A stretch of DNA of 52,191 nt from an uncultured Chitinophaga sp. (GCA_964600345.1 CAZRKA010000001.1:1-52191), one strand, 5' to 3'; shown: positions 29,588-39,502, counted from the first letter of the stretch. The notes: generated from the sequence alone by a model not told the origin. Translations and numbers: made by a program.

Positions 29588-30849
29588 TGGAATTACAGCA
29601 GATTAAAAACAGATTCGAAATTGTTGGAAATTCTCCGGCGCTTAATCATGCGCTGGAAACGGCCATAAAAGTGGCACCTACAGACATGAGCGTACTGATT
29701 ACCGGTGAAAGCGGAGTAGGTAAGGAATCATTTTCAAAGATAATCCACGCGCTAAGCAACAGAAAACACGGAAATTTTATAGCAGTAAACTGCGGAGCTA
29801 TACCAGAGGGTACCATTGATTCTGAATTATTCGGACACGAAAAAGGCTCGTTTACCGGTGCAACTGATGCGCGCAAGGGTTATTTCGAATCAGTAAATGG
29901 CGGTACTATTTTTCTTGACGAGGTAGGTGAGCTTCCGCTTGGCACCCAGGCCAGGCTTTTGAGAGTGCTGGAAAACGGAGAATTTATAAAAGTAGGGTCA
30001 TCCAAGGTTCTTAAAACCAATGTAAGGGTTGTTGCAGCTACTAACCGCGACCTTCTTGAGCGCGCAGGCCAGGGAAAGTTCAGGGAAGACTTGTATTACA
30101 GGCTGGCTACGGTGCCCATCAGAGTGCCGAGACTCAGTGAACGCAAGGATGATATCAATCTTTTGTTCAGGAAATTTGCCACCGGTTTTGCAGAAAAGAA
30201 TCATTCGCCTCTTGTTCAGCTCAATTCAGAAGCACAAAGTTTACTGGCCAATTATTCATGGCCCGGCAATATCCGTCAGCTCAAAAATATTACCGAACAG
30301 ATTTGTGTGCTTGAAGCCGAGAACAGCCCTGTAAGCGCTGAGATTCTGAGAATGTACCTGCCACCTTCTGAAACACATCTACCGCTGGCATTCAATAATT
30401 CGGATGGCATGTCAGTTCAGGGAATGAGCGAACGGGATATCTTTTACAAGTTTCTGATTGAAATGAAAAAGGATGTCAGCGATTTGAAACGCATAGTAGT
30501 CGGGCTGGTTGAAAACAGCGGCAACCGTGAAGAGTTTATCAGAAACAACAAAGAAGACATCAATCACGTGCTTTATAACGAGAATTTTTATGAAGAACCA
30601 TACGAAAAACCTGTTATAATACCGGGCACCGGCAATGTTCAGCCTATCATGCGCAACAATGTGATCGATGTTCAACCTGTGGATGAACAGGATGCGCAAA
30701 ATCTGACCATAGCAGATCAGGAACTGGAAATGATAAGGAAGGCTCTGGTGAGGAATAAGGGTAAACGCAACAAAGCCGCCAGGGAATTGGGTATTTCGGA
30801 GCGCACATTGTACAGAAAAATAAAGCAGTATAAACTCGAATCAGTTTGA
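29587..30849 (+). CDS. Sigma-54-dependent transcriptional activator (AAA+ plus Fis-type HTH) with no N-terminal sensor domain
   Basis: Walker A GESGVGKE, sigma-54 contact loop GSFTGA, Walker B FLDEVGE and C-terminal HTH AARELGISERTLYRKIKQY. Only about 12 aa precede the AAA+ core. The ATG overlaps the miaB stop by 1 nt. Confidence 0.9.
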   Translation: MELQQIKNRFEIVGNSPALNHALETAIKVAPTDMSVLITGESGVGKESFSKIIHALSNRKHGNFIAVNCGAIPEGTIDSELFGHEKGSFTGATDARKGYFESVNGGTIFLDEVGELPLGTQARLLRVLENGEFIKVGSSKVLKTNVRVVAATNRDLLERAGQGKFREDLYYRLATVPIRVPRLSERKDDINLLFRKFATGFAEKNHSPLVQLNSEAQSLLANYSWPGNIRQLKNITEQICVLEAENSPVSAEILRMYLPPSETHLPLAFNNSDGMSVQGMSERDIFYKFLIEMKKDVSDLKRIVVGLVENSGNREEFIRNNKEDINHVLYNENFYEEPYEKPVIIPGTGNVQPIMRNNVIDVQPVDEQDAQNLTIADQELEMIRKALVRNKGKRNKAARELGISERTLYRKIKQYKLESV

Positions 30850-30875
30850 TAAGATTCATATAGTAATACGGAGAA

Positions 30876-31385
30876 TTGAGGAAAACAGGTCATATATTGT
30901 TCTTATTGTCACTGCTGCTTCTTGGTGGTTGCAAATCGTGTAAATACAGTTTGTCGGGTATCAATATTCCGGCTGATGTCAAGAACATAAGCATTCAGTA
31001 TTTTGACAATAAGGCATCATATGTCAATCCGAGTCTTAGCCAGAAATTTACTGAACAATTAAAAGACAAATTTTTGCGTGAGACTTCTCTGGCTTTGGTT
31101 GGATCGGAAGGCGATTTCAGATTGTCGGGTTTTATCGTCGATTACAAAACCGAACCGGTTGCCAGTACAAGCAATACCGGCGCACTTAAAAACAGATTCA
31201 GCATGACGGTTAAGGCAATTTTTGAATGCCCAAAGCACAAGGAAATGAATTTCACCGAATCAATCACCAGATTTCAGGAATTCGATGCCAGTCAAAGCTT
31301 TCAATCGATCGAAAACAGACTTTCTGAAGAAGTCAGTGCACAGATAATCCAGGAAATATTTAACAAAGTGGCTTTAAAGTGGTAA
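30876..31385 (+). CDS. lptE: LptE-like LPS-assembly lipoprotein
   Basis: TTG start with lipobox LLLLGGC. The size (169 aa) and the conserved position after the sigma-54 activator fit LptE. Direct sequence support is modest. Confidence 0.65.
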   Translation: MRKTGHILFLLSLLLLGGCKSCKYSLSGINIPADVKNISIQYFDNKASYVNPSLSQKFTEQLKDKFLRETSLALVGSEGDFRLSGFIVDYKTEPVASTSNTGALKNRFSMTVKAIFECPKHKEMNFTESITRFQEFDASQSFQSIENRLSEEVSAQIIQEIFNKVALKW

Positions 31386-31389
31386 AGTA

Positions 31390-32724
31390 ATGAACCTGCA
31401 GCATCTGAACGATTTGTACCATGAGCGATTGCCGGTCGACCGCAATGATGCGGAAAACCTCAATCAACTTTGCAGGGACTACCCGTATTTCAGAAAACCA
31501 TTTGTAATACTGGCAAAATACTACCACGATACAGGGCATTACAAGTTTGAAGATATGCTCAGACAGGCCGCTATAAGAGTTAAAGACAGAAAAGCCCTGT
31601 ACGAATACATCCATGGTAAGGTAAGCGAAATACAAAGCGGAGATAAAAGGGAAATCAGCTTAATAAACGAAGTTCAGGAAATTACAGAGTCTGATACCGG
31701 ATTGCAGTACGAAGAGACTGTAAACGAACAGGATTCAGGTATATCCAGGCCGGGGCTGTCAGATTTTCTTGAAGGGCTGGAAAATATTCAGGAGACACAA
31801 AGTCAGGAAATAATTCTAAGCCCCGATGAATCCGCCGATAACAATGACTCCATCATTGAAATTCCAGATGTGCAGGGAGAGAGGTTGCTCGCTGATGAGA
31901 AGGAATTTTCGGATACCGGGGCGCTAAAGGAAAATCCGTTTATTGATACCCTGATTGAGATTGAAGAAGATCATGAGGTCTTGCCCGAAACCGAAAAGCC
32001 ATTTGTATTTGAATTTGAAAACAGATTCAAGGAACACGAAGAACTTGTTTTAAAACCTGAAAATATGGATATCATCGGAGAGGAGATAGAAACCGAGTTT
32101 ACATTTTCAGGAAGCGGATTAAATATCATAAATGAGAAAAATGCAGATACTGATCAAAAGTCAATTGAAGCAATTGAACAAAACAAGGAAACTGCATCTG
32201 AACTTAATCTGAGAAAATATCCTGTTTATGACATCGAGAAACACCTTAATCAGGTTGATAATTCAAATTTAACTGAACATTCCGGCAGTGAAGGTAAAGT
32301 TGAAAAGAAAAGAGAAACTGCACATGAGGAAATGGACTTTTTCTCCTGGCTAAATTCTCCGGTTCACGAACATAAGTTGGAAGAAACGGTACCTGATACT
32401 GAAGAAGTAAGCGCACGGGAGGAAACGCTTGAAAGCAAAACAAAAGCGGATAAGGAGGGTAGTATAGACCTTATAGAGCGCTTTATTTCCATAAATCCTC
32501 AGATCAGCAGGCCAAGAAAGGAATTTTTCAATCCTGAAAATATGGCTAAAAGAAGTGAGGTACCCGACCTGGACTTTGTAACAGAGACACTTGCAGGTAT
32601 TTATTACGAACAGGGAAATTTTGAACTGGCCATCAGGGCCTACGAAAAATTAAGTTTGCAAAATCCCCTGAAACAGGCGTACTTTGCAGACCTTATTGAA
32701 AAAATCAAACAAGAAAGGAAATAA
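31390..32724 (+). CDS. Acidic, largely disordered protein with structured ends (C-terminal TPR-like motif)
   Basis: 444 aa. The first 75 aa or so and the last 70 aa or so (TETLAGIYYEQGNFELAIRAYEKLSLQNP) look folded. The middle 300 aa or so is rich in E/D/S/T. Confidence 0.6.
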   Translation: MNLQHLNDLYHERLPVDRNDAENLNQLCRDYPYFRKPFVILAKYYHDTGHYKFEDMLRQAAIRVKDRKALYEYIHGKVSEIQSGDKREISLINEVQEITESDTGLQYEETVNEQDSGISRPGLSDFLEGLENIQETQSQEIILSPDESADNNDSIIEIPDVQGERLLADEKEFSDTGALKENPFIDTLIEIEEDHEVLPETEKPFVFEFENRFKEHEELVLKPENMDIIGEEIETEFTFSGSGLNIINEKNADTDQKSIEAIEQNKETASELNLRKYPVYDIEKHLNQVDNSNLTEHSGSEGKVEKKRETAHEEMDFFSWLNSPVHEHKLEETVPDTEEVSAREETLESKTKADKEGSIDLIERFISINPQISRPRKEFFNPENMAKRSEVPDLDFVTETLAGIYYEQGNFELAIRAYEKLSLQNPLKQAYFADLIEKIKQERK

Positions 32725-32726
32725 CT

Positions 32727-33059
32727 ATGTTGAGTATAATATTAATAGTTGGAATAATTGCAGCGGCCCTGATGATAGTAATCGTGCTGGTTCAGAATCC
32801 TAAAGGTGGAGGACTTGCCGCTAATTTTTCTTCAAGCAACCAGATTTTCGGTGTTCAGAGAACAACTGAAGGAGTTGAAAAGTTAACCTGGATTTTCGCC
32901 GCAGTAATATTGCTGGTATCTCTGGCTGCCAGTTCATATAACGGACAAGGAAGTGCCACCGGTACAGAAGTTTCAGGTGATTCAAAAATGAAGGAACTTA
33001 TGGAAGCTCCGGCTCCTAAGTCCAAAACACCTTCGAACGCTCCGGTTCCCAACAAATAA
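32727..33059 (+). CDS. secG: Preprotein translocase subunit SecG
   Basis: 110 aa with two TM helices flanking LVQNPKGGGLAANFSS, the SecG signature loop. Confidence 0.85.
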   Translation: MLSIILIVGIIAAALMIVIVLVQNPKGGGLAANFSSSNQIFGVQRTTEGVEKLTWIFAAVILLVSLAASSYNGQGSATGTEVSGDSKMKELMEAPAPKSKTPSNAPVPNK

Positions 33060-33075
33060 TCGGTTTTTCTTTTTC

Positions 33076-33777
33076 TTAAGGAACAGCATAGACTATTCCC
33101 AGCTTGATGTTTTTATTAAACAGCTGTCCCCCGTGTATGCCCTTAGAATCAAAAGACTTGAAACTGAAGTCGGGTTGTACATTAATTCCGAATTTACCTT
33201 TCAGTAAAAAAGAAAAATTGTTTTGCATAAAGATATTCTTGCCATCTGAGCTCGCATTGTCTTTATTGGTATCGAACATATAATCATAACCTGCAAGCGT
33301 GGTATATGTTAACCAGTCTTTGAGCTTTATTTTGATACCAACTACGAAACCGATATTAAATGCGTCGATAATTTTTTCAGCTTTGGTTTGTGGCGAACTG
33401 TAAAATGTTCTTGAATCGAGATTGACACCAAGGCCAAGGCTGAAATCGTCCCCCTTGATAAAGTTCATACCGTAAGTAGCTGTAAAAACAGGTAAATCGA
33501 GACCCATGACTTTATTGGTATCGTTGAAATTGGCAGTGTCCTTTTCACCATTTAAGATGTATCTGAACAGCCAGGTGGCATCGGCTCTGAAAAAACTGGT
33601 TTCCTTGAATTTGATATAATTAAATGTCAACCCGGTTGTACTGACATTTTTACCCCTTTCTTTTATAGTCTGAGGTACGGCACCTGCCTGAAAGAAATTA
33701 AGCATGGTAATTCTCTCCTGGGCAAACACGCCGAGGCTTAAGCAGAGTAGTATAGCAGTCAGTGCAGAGCGTCTCAT
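33076..33777 (-). CDS. Putative outer-membrane beta-barrel protein
   Basis: Signal peptide MRRSALTAILLCLSLGVFAQ. Alternating hydrophobic beta-strand pattern. Ends in an aromatic-rich terminal strand (GIVYAVP). Confidence 0.55.
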   Translation of the reverse strand: MRRSALTAILLCLSLGVFAQERITMLNFFQAGAVPQTIKERGKNVSTTGLTFNYIKFKETSFFRADATWLFRYILNGEKDTANFNDTNKVMGLDLPVFTATYGMNFIKGDDFSLGLGVNLDSRTFYSSPQTKAEKIIDAFNIGFVVGIKIKLKDWLTYTTLAGYDYMFDTNKDNASSDGKNIFMQNNFSFLLKGKFGINVQPDFSFKSFDSKGIHGGQLFNKNIKLGIVYAVP

Positions 33778-33849
33778 TTTTCAATAATTTGAAGCAAATA
33801 TAGAAAATTTCAATAATTCACCGCAATACATCAAATGCGCTATAATAGT

Positions 33850-35202
33850 TTACATCAAATCGGCAATACAAAAACGACTGGAGATATCGGGTATGTTTCT
33901 AAGTTTCCATTCTGCCGGGAACCGGTTGTTAATTCTGTTACCGGCAAATTTGCCGAAGCCTAACGGTAAACTCCGGTGAGTGATGATTACATGTCCTTTA
34001 TCTTTTCCACTATATGGGAGAGGATTTCTGTTCAGATATGAAAGTGCTGTTTCGATATCAGCCTCGTATTCGGGGTAATCACCTCTCTGAAGCAACAAAG
34101 AAAACGGCAGGTATTCTGATGGCTGAAAGTGTTTGTCTTTCAGCACACCGAGTATGGTTCCGGCGCTGTAACAATATATGCCCGACAGCGGCCCGCTAAG
34201 GAAGTTATGCAGTTCTGAATTTAAGGTAAGTATCTGGTCCTGAAAAGCAAAACAAGCTAAATCGCCCGGCAAAGCTCTCAGCCATTCTGAATTGGCTTTG
34301 AGGGGCTTCAGGTTCTTACTTACATACCGATTAGGATCTTCGCTACTTCCGCCTGTTTTTCTAAGCATGGAAATATAGAATCCTTCTCCTCTGAAGATGT
34401 GGGGATAACAATGAAATTCACTTGTTTTTTCACCGTTTAATTCAAAATAAGCTCTTTCAAATCCGGATGCGAGCAGCTGTTCAATTTGATTTTCATTTTC
34501 GCCCGGATTAAAAGTACAGGTACTGTATATGAGTATACCACCTGTTTTAAGACATTTAATTGCTGAATCAATGATGCGCTTTTGTCGCAATTCGCAGGTT
34601 TTTACATTTTCCGTACTCCATTCGTTTACAGCATCAGGGTCTTTGCGGAACAATCCTTCTCCGCTGCACGGTGCATCCAGAACTATGATATCAAAAACCT
34701 CTCCGCATCTGGCAAAATCAGATACATCTGCGCTGCAAATAATAGTATTTGAATAACCCTGTTTTCTGATATTTTCGGCCAGAATTCCTACCCGGCTTCT
34801 GATAACTTCATTACATACCAGTAAGTCATTACTTCCAAGCATTGATGCAATATGAGTAGATTTGCCTCCCGGAGCTGCACAAAGGTCAAGCACCTTTAAC
34901 GGCCCCGTAATTAAATTCAATGCTGCATTAAATGCTTTTTCGAGCAGCATACTTGAGGCTTCCTGTACGTAGTAGGCGCCTCCGTGCCAGAAAGGATCTG
35001 AGGCAAATACAGGTCTTGTACTCAGATAATAAGCACTGTTGCACCAGTTGATTTTTTCGGCAAGTTTGAGTTCCGGGATTTTCGATTTGTTTATCCTGAC
35101 CGAAACAGGTGCCTTATCATTTAAGGCGCTTTCAAATTCCGAATATTGTTCAGCACCTAATAGCCTGATCATTCTGGAAACAAATTCGGGATGCAGATTC
35201 AT
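33850..35202 (-). CDS. RsmB/NOP2/Sun family RNA m5C methyltransferase (RsmF-like)
   Basis: SAM-binding motif DLCAAPGGKSTH, motif IV DAPCSGEG and motif VI YSTCTFNPGENE. Confidence 0.85.
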   Translation of the reverse strand: MNLHPEFVSRMIRLLGAEQYSEFESALNDKAPVSVRINKSKIPELKLAEKINWCNSAYYLSTRPVFASDPFWHGGAYYVQEASSMLLEKAFNAALNLITGPLKVLDLCAAPGGKSTHIASMLGSNDLLVCNEVIRSRVGILAENIRKQGYSNTIICSADVSDFARCGEVFDIIVLDAPCSGEGLFRKDPDAVNEWSTENVKTCELRQKRIIDSAIKCLKTGGILIYSTCTFNPGENENQIEQLLASGFERAYFELNGEKTSEFHCYPHIFRGEGFYISMLRKTGGSSEDPNRYVSKNLKPLKANSEWLRALPGDLACFAFQDQILTLNSELHNFLSGPLSGIYCYSAGTILGVLKDKHFQPSEYLPFSLLLQRGDYPEYEADIETALSYLNRNPLPYSGKDKGHVIITHRSLPLGFGKFAGNRINNRFPAEWKLRNIPDISSRFCIADLM

Positions 35203-36071
35203 TTTTTAGTAAGTGTAATACCACCAAGTATCAAAATCATACCGCCGAACTGGAAAAAGCCTATGGGTTCATTGTCGATCATACCCCACATATAGGCAAA
35301 TACAGGGATTAAGTATGTAACGGATGCAGCAAACAGAGCCGTAGTTTCTTTAACAAGCTGATTAAATACTATAAGTGAGACAGCAGATCCGATGACACCC
35401 AGAATAAAAATATAACCCAATGCCGGAAGAGCTGAGGCCTGAAGAGCAGTTTCAAATGTATTGTGGTAAATTCCGATAATAAGCGCAGGTACAGCAATGA
35501 TAGTAAGCGGTACCATGCTGTTTACCAGAGGCGACAGATGATGCAGTTTCGATTTAATGATATTTACATTAATCCCGTATAACAAGGCTGCCAGTACTAC
35601 TTTAAGACAAGGTAAAATGTATTCTGTTTGAAAACTGAGACTGCCCCCATTTTTAGAAACTATCAGAATCAGAGCACCTGCAAGACCTATCATTATTCCC
35701 AGAAATTGCCTGACAAGAAACAATTGTGAGAAGAGTACTACACCGAATATCAAGGCGAAAAAAGGCGTCATGGCATTAAGTGCTCCGGAAAGTGAACTGG
35801 GGATTTCTGAACCTGCACTTGCAAACAGATAAGCCGGAATAAAATTGCCTATAGTTCCCGAGATTGCCAGATAATACCAGTCTTTGCGGCTTAAGGTTTT
35901 ATAAAACCTCATAAAAAAGAAGATCGCTACCGAACCTGCAAATACAAGTCTCAGCGAGGCCAGTTGCATAGGAGAAAACGACACCAGCCCGCGTTTCATC
36001 AGGATGAATGCACTTCCCCAGACAAAGCCAAGAAATAAAAGTATGATGACGGTCCGAAGTTCAAATTTCAC
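35199..36071 (-). CDS. DMT superfamily (EamA-type) transporter
   Basis: 290 aa with 10 predicted TM helices arranged as two EamA-like halves. Overlaps the downstream gene by 4 nt. Confidence 0.8.
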   Translation of the reverse strand: MKFELRTVIILLFLGFVWGSAFILMKRGLVSFSPMQLASLRLVFAGSVAIFFFMRFYKTLSRKDWYYLAISGTIGNFIPAYLFASAGSEIPSSLSGALNAMTPFFALIFGVVLFSQLFLVRQFLGIMIGLAGALILIVSKNGGSLSFQTEYILPCLKVVLAALLYGINVNIIKSKLHHLSPLVNSMVPLTIIAVPALIIGIYHNTFETALQASALPALGYIFILGVIGSAVSLIVFNQLVKETTALFAASVTYLIPVFAYMWGMIDNEPIGFFQFGGMILILGGITLTKK

Positions 36072-36102
36072 GCCGCAAAAGTAATTCTTATAGCTTAAGT
36101 AT

Positions 36103-36849
36103 TCAGCGTGTCAGAATAATATATTCGGATATCAGCTTATTCAGAAAGGCTTCTTTATCTGAAGGCGCGGATTTGAGTTCGAGTATTACACTCAGTTTTT
36201 CAATCATCCTGTCCATAGCAGATTCGTGTGCCTCATTGTTGTAAAGTCTTTTGCGGTAAACCAGATTTTTTATCAAAATGACATCTTTTTCTTCAAGTCG
36301 GGTTACCAGGGGAAATTCAAAATCGAAGTCTTCCCTGCGGCGTGTATTCAGTTTAAGTATATCATTCAGACTGAACCCGTAAGAACTTCTTTTCCTGATG
36401 ATGCTGGTTCCTGCGATGATATCTCCAAGTCTTTGTCCGTTGCGGTTGCTTACAATAAGCATCATGGCCACGGTTCCAAGCGAAAGATAAATATCCAGTA
36501 ATCTCATTGACCAGCGACTGAAATAGTCGTAAAACTGAAGTTCTTCGCCATTGGTTTTAATAACCTTGATACCCATGGCTTTCTTGCCCAGTGTTTGTCC
36601 GTTGCCCAATACTTCGCTGATCAGTGTGTAGAAACCCAGCCATACAAAAGCAAAGACTTCTATAACGAGTGTAATTGTTTTAAAAGAATCTATACTGTCT
36701 TCGTATGCAAACAGACTGCTTGCAAAGGCTATCATCACCAGCATCATGATGATAAAGTCTATGATATAGGCAAAAATACGCTGTCCCAGACCGGCAAGTT
36801 CATATTCGATCCTTACATTCTGAGCGGTATTGATTTCGATAGACTGCAA
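36103..36849 (-). CDS. RDD family membrane protein
   Basis: The N-terminal RDD-type domain (GLGQRIFAYIIDFII ... GQRLGDIIAGTSII) has 3 TM helices. A soluble C-terminal region follows. Confidence 0.75.
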   Translation of the reverse strand: MQSIEINTAQNVRIEYELAGLGQRIFAYIIDFIIMMLVMIAFASSLFAYEDSIDSFKTITLVIEVFAFVWLGFYTLISEVLGNGQTLGKKAMGIKVIKTNGEELQFYDYFSRWSMRLLDIYLSLGTVAMMLIVSNRNGQRLGDIIAGTSIIRKRSSYGFSLNDILKLNTRRREDFDFEFPLVTRLEEKDVILIKNLVYRKRLYNNEAHESAMDRMIEKLSVILELKSAPSDKEAFLNKLISEYIILTR

Positions 36850-36858
36850 TGTCCGTTT

Positions 36859-37680
36859 TCAATATTGTTCGTTTTCGTTAGGAAAGTCTTTCGACTTAAC
36901 ATCGCCGATATATGCTTCAACACTTCCTTTTATACTTTCGTAAAGATTGAGATAGCGACGCATGAATCTGGGCGAAAAGTCTTTATTTATACCGAGCATA
37001 TCGTGCAAAACCAGCACCTGTCCGTCGACATCTCCTCCTGCGCCAATGCCTATTACCGGAATCTTGAGCATGGATGCCACTCTCGATGCAAGTTCGGCCG
37101 GAATTTTTTCGAGAACAAGTGCAAAGCAACCCGCCTCTTCAAGCAGTTTAGCGTCGCGGATCAGTTTATCGGCTTCTTCTTTCTCTACAGCCCTGACAGC
37201 ATAGGTGCCAAATTTATAGATACTCTGCGGGGTAAGTCCAAGGTGGCCCATCACAGGAACACCTGCACTGATAATTCGTTTAACAGATTCACAAACTTCT
37301 TCTCCACCTTCAAGCTTGATGGCATGTGCCCCACTTTCTTTCATTATTCTTATACTGCTGTTAAGCGCTTCCTTGCTGTTACCCTGATACGATCCGAAAG
37401 GGAGGTCGACAACAACCAAAGCTCTTTTAACGGCCCTTATAACACTCGAAGCATGATAAATCATCTGATCGAGGGTAATAGGCAGGGTGGTTTCATGGCC
37501 TGCCATTACATTACTGGCGCTGTCTCCAACAAGTATAACATCAATACCGGCATCATCAATGATACGGGCAAGCGAGAAATCGTAGGCTGTAAGCATGGAT
37601 ACTTTTTCGCCTCTCTGCTTCATCTCTTCGAGCGTATGCACAGTAACGCGCTTGGCTGGTTTATTTGGAGTCACCGACAT
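36859..37680 (-). CDS. panB: 3-methyl-2-oxobutanoate hydroxymethyltransferase
   Basis: Strong full-length family match, including [33 protein letters not shown] and GHLGLTPQS. Confidence 0.95.
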   Translation of the reverse strand: MSVTPNKPAKRVTVHTLEEMKQRGEKVSMLTAYDFSLARIIDDAGIDVILVGDSASNVMAGHETTLPITLDQMIYHASSVIRAVKRALVVVDLPFGSYQGNSKEALNSSIRIMKESGAHAIKLEGGEEVCESVKRIISAGVPVMGHLGLTPQSIYKFGTYAVRAVEKEEADKLIRDAKLLEEAGCFALVLEKIPAELASRVASMLKIPVIGIGAGGDVDGQVLVLHDMLGINKDFSPRFMRRYLNLYESIKGSVEAYIGDVKSKDFPNENEQY

Positions 37681-37711
37681 GGTTCAAACCTACAATTAAA
37701 TTTTTAAAATA

Positions 37712-38746
37712 TTATAAATTCTTCCAGCCCTGAGCAGTCAGTTTGTGCTTGATATTAGATTTGCTGATAAGATGCAGACCTTCGGTTTCTGCAACTGCAT
37801 GACCGATAATACTCAGATCATTTTCCAGTTTCAGGACATCGTAGGCTGATTGGGGTACAGTAAATAAAAGTTCGTAATCCTCACCGCCATTGAGAACTGC
37901 AACGGTGGGATCTATACCCAGATCTATGGCACGCTGGTAGGCTATTGGGTCGAGGGGCAGTTTGTCTTCGTAAATGGTAAATCCGACCTTGCTCTGTGCT
38001 GCAATATGGTGAACTTCGCTTGAGAGTCCGTCGCTGATATCAATCATCGAGGTAGGCACGATGTTGAGGCTTTCCAGTATCGCTACTATGTCAATTCTGG
38101 CTTCCGGTTTAAGTTGTCTTTGTATCAGATAATCGTTGCCTTCGAGGTCAGGTTGAAAATCCGGTCTTTCCATAAAGATCCGCTTTTCTCTTTCCAGAAT
38201 ATGTAAACCAAGATAGGCCGCACCGAGATCTCCGCTTACAACCAGCAAATCGCCTTCCTTACAACCACTTCTGTAGGTAACTTTATCCTTGTCAACTTCG
38301 CCGTAACAGGCTATACTGATGATTAATCCCTTAGAACTCGAGCAGGTATCACCTCCAACCAGATCCACTTTATATAAATTACAGGCAGCCAGAATACCTA
38401 CATATAATTCTTCTATTGCTTCCAGAGAAAAACGGTTGCTCAAACCCAGACTAACGGTAAGGTGAGTGGCTTTGCCGTTCATAGCGGCAATATCGCTTAT
38501 ATTGCTGACAACAGCCTTGTATCCCAAGTGTTTTAGTGGTGTATATGTAAGGTCGAAATGCGAGCCTTCTATCAGCATATCGGTACTCAGCAACCTGTAT
38601 GAGGTGCCGGCATCTATTACAGCCGCATCATCTCCTATTCCTTTAACAGTAGCGCTGTTCCAGGTCTTTACATTTTTAGCCAGATGATTAATCAGACCAA
38701 ATTCTCCAAGTTCGCTTAATTCGGTTCTGCCGTTGTTATCAAACAT
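37712..38746 (-). CDS. thiL: Thiamine-monophosphate kinase
   Basis: AIR-synthase-like fold motifs: GIGDDAAVI, STDMLIEGSHF, GGDT and the C-terminal GGEDYELLFT. Confidence 0.9.
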   Translation of the reverse strand: MFDNNGRTELSELGEFGLINHLAKNVKTWNSATVKGIGDDAAVIDAGTSYRLLSTDMLIEGSHFDLTYTPLKHLGYKAVVSNISDIAAMNGKATHLTVSLGLSNRFSLEAIEELYVGILAACNLYKVDLVGGDTCSSSKGLIISIACYGEVDKDKVTYRSGCKEGDLLVVSGDLGAAYLGLHILEREKRIFMERPDFQPDLEGNDYLIQRQLKPEARIDIVAILESLNIVPTSMIDISDGLSSEVHHIAAQSKVGFTIYEDKLPLDPIAYQRAIDLGIDPTVAVLNGGEDYELLFTVPQSAYDVLKLENDLSIIGHAVAETEGLHLISKSNIKHKLTAQGWKNL

Positions 38747-38808
38747 GGCACAAAACTAAGCAAATTAAGGGAAATGCAGGAGAGTTGTCAGTAGCTGACG
38801 GGGATAAA

Positions 38809-39372
38809 TTACATCACGCTGACGGGAAGATTGCAGGTATAGTAAACGACACCAGGAGAGCACTGACCATTTTTCACATCTTTCTGATATTTGATTGTGA
38901 AATTCATGTTGTCACTTCCTGTATTCCCTGTGGTAATAAGGTCGTTTACAAGTCCAATCGGAAGTGTTCCGTCTGAATCCTGTGCGCTGACAGATATACC
39001 AAGCGGATTGCTGATGCACAATTTATAATCGCGACCGTAGGTTTTGATTTTGTTGTGCAGATACACCACTTTAGAGGGATTTGTTGCGTCTTCAATAAAG
39101 AAAGTAATTCTGTAGGTAGCGTTGGTTTTCAATGTTACACCACCGATATTGGCCGGTTTTGGTCCCGGGCCATCCGGATCGTCATAACTGCCAACTTCAG
39201 CCATTGAATCTGCTGTGTTGGTGAAAAAAACCATAAATGAGGTCACTGTGTCCTGAGGACCTGCTGGCAGATTTACTGCGGGTGTTTCAGAACTTGTTTC
39301 TTCTTTGCTGCACGATGAGAATGATACGGCAAGGCCGAGGATGATCGCTGGGATCAGGCTGATTCTTTGCAT
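38809..39372 (-). CDS. Lipoprotein, function unknown
   Basis: Lipobox signal (LAVSFSSC). The segment DDPDGPGPKP resembles a small Bacteroidota lipoprotein family that I recall often sits next to TonB-dependent receptors. That link is from memory only. Confidence 0.6.
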   Translation of the reverse strand: MQRISLIPAIILGLAVSFSSCSKEETSSETPAVNLPAGPQDTVTSFMVFFTNTADSMAEVGSYDDPDGPGPKPANIGGVTLKTNATYRITFFIEDATNPSKVVYLHNKIKTYGRDYKLCISNPLGISVSAQDSDGTLPIGLVNDLITTGNTGSDNMNFTIKYQKDVKNGQCSPGVVYYTCNLPVSVM

Positions 39373-39391
39373 ATTTGTGTTATAAATTGTG

Positions 39392-39399
39392 CAAATTTA
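39392..39399 (-). promoter_or_regulatory. Candidate -7 box TAAATTTG (minus strand)
   Basis: Exact TAnnTTTG match 19 nt upstream of the ATG at 39372. A second match (TATTTTTG) lies 10 nt further upstream. Confidence 0.4.
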
Positions 39400-39502
39400 T
39401 CCAAAAATAATGCCATAAGCTATACAGACTATAAAGATTGATTTATCAATCAGGTGATAAAGTAAAGAAATTGAGGAATATAAGGGGTCTGAAAAAACAG
39501 AA

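Noticed and set aside
36595-37707. A 370-aa plus-strand ORF, the longest unannotated ORF in the track, spanning the RDD/panB junction
   Set aside because: It is antisense to an unmistakable PanB and to the RDD protein, and it crosses their intergenic gap. Its composition is skewed (Cys/Phe/His/Asn-rich) with no motif. This is a classic shadow ORF created by the codon bias of the genuine genes.
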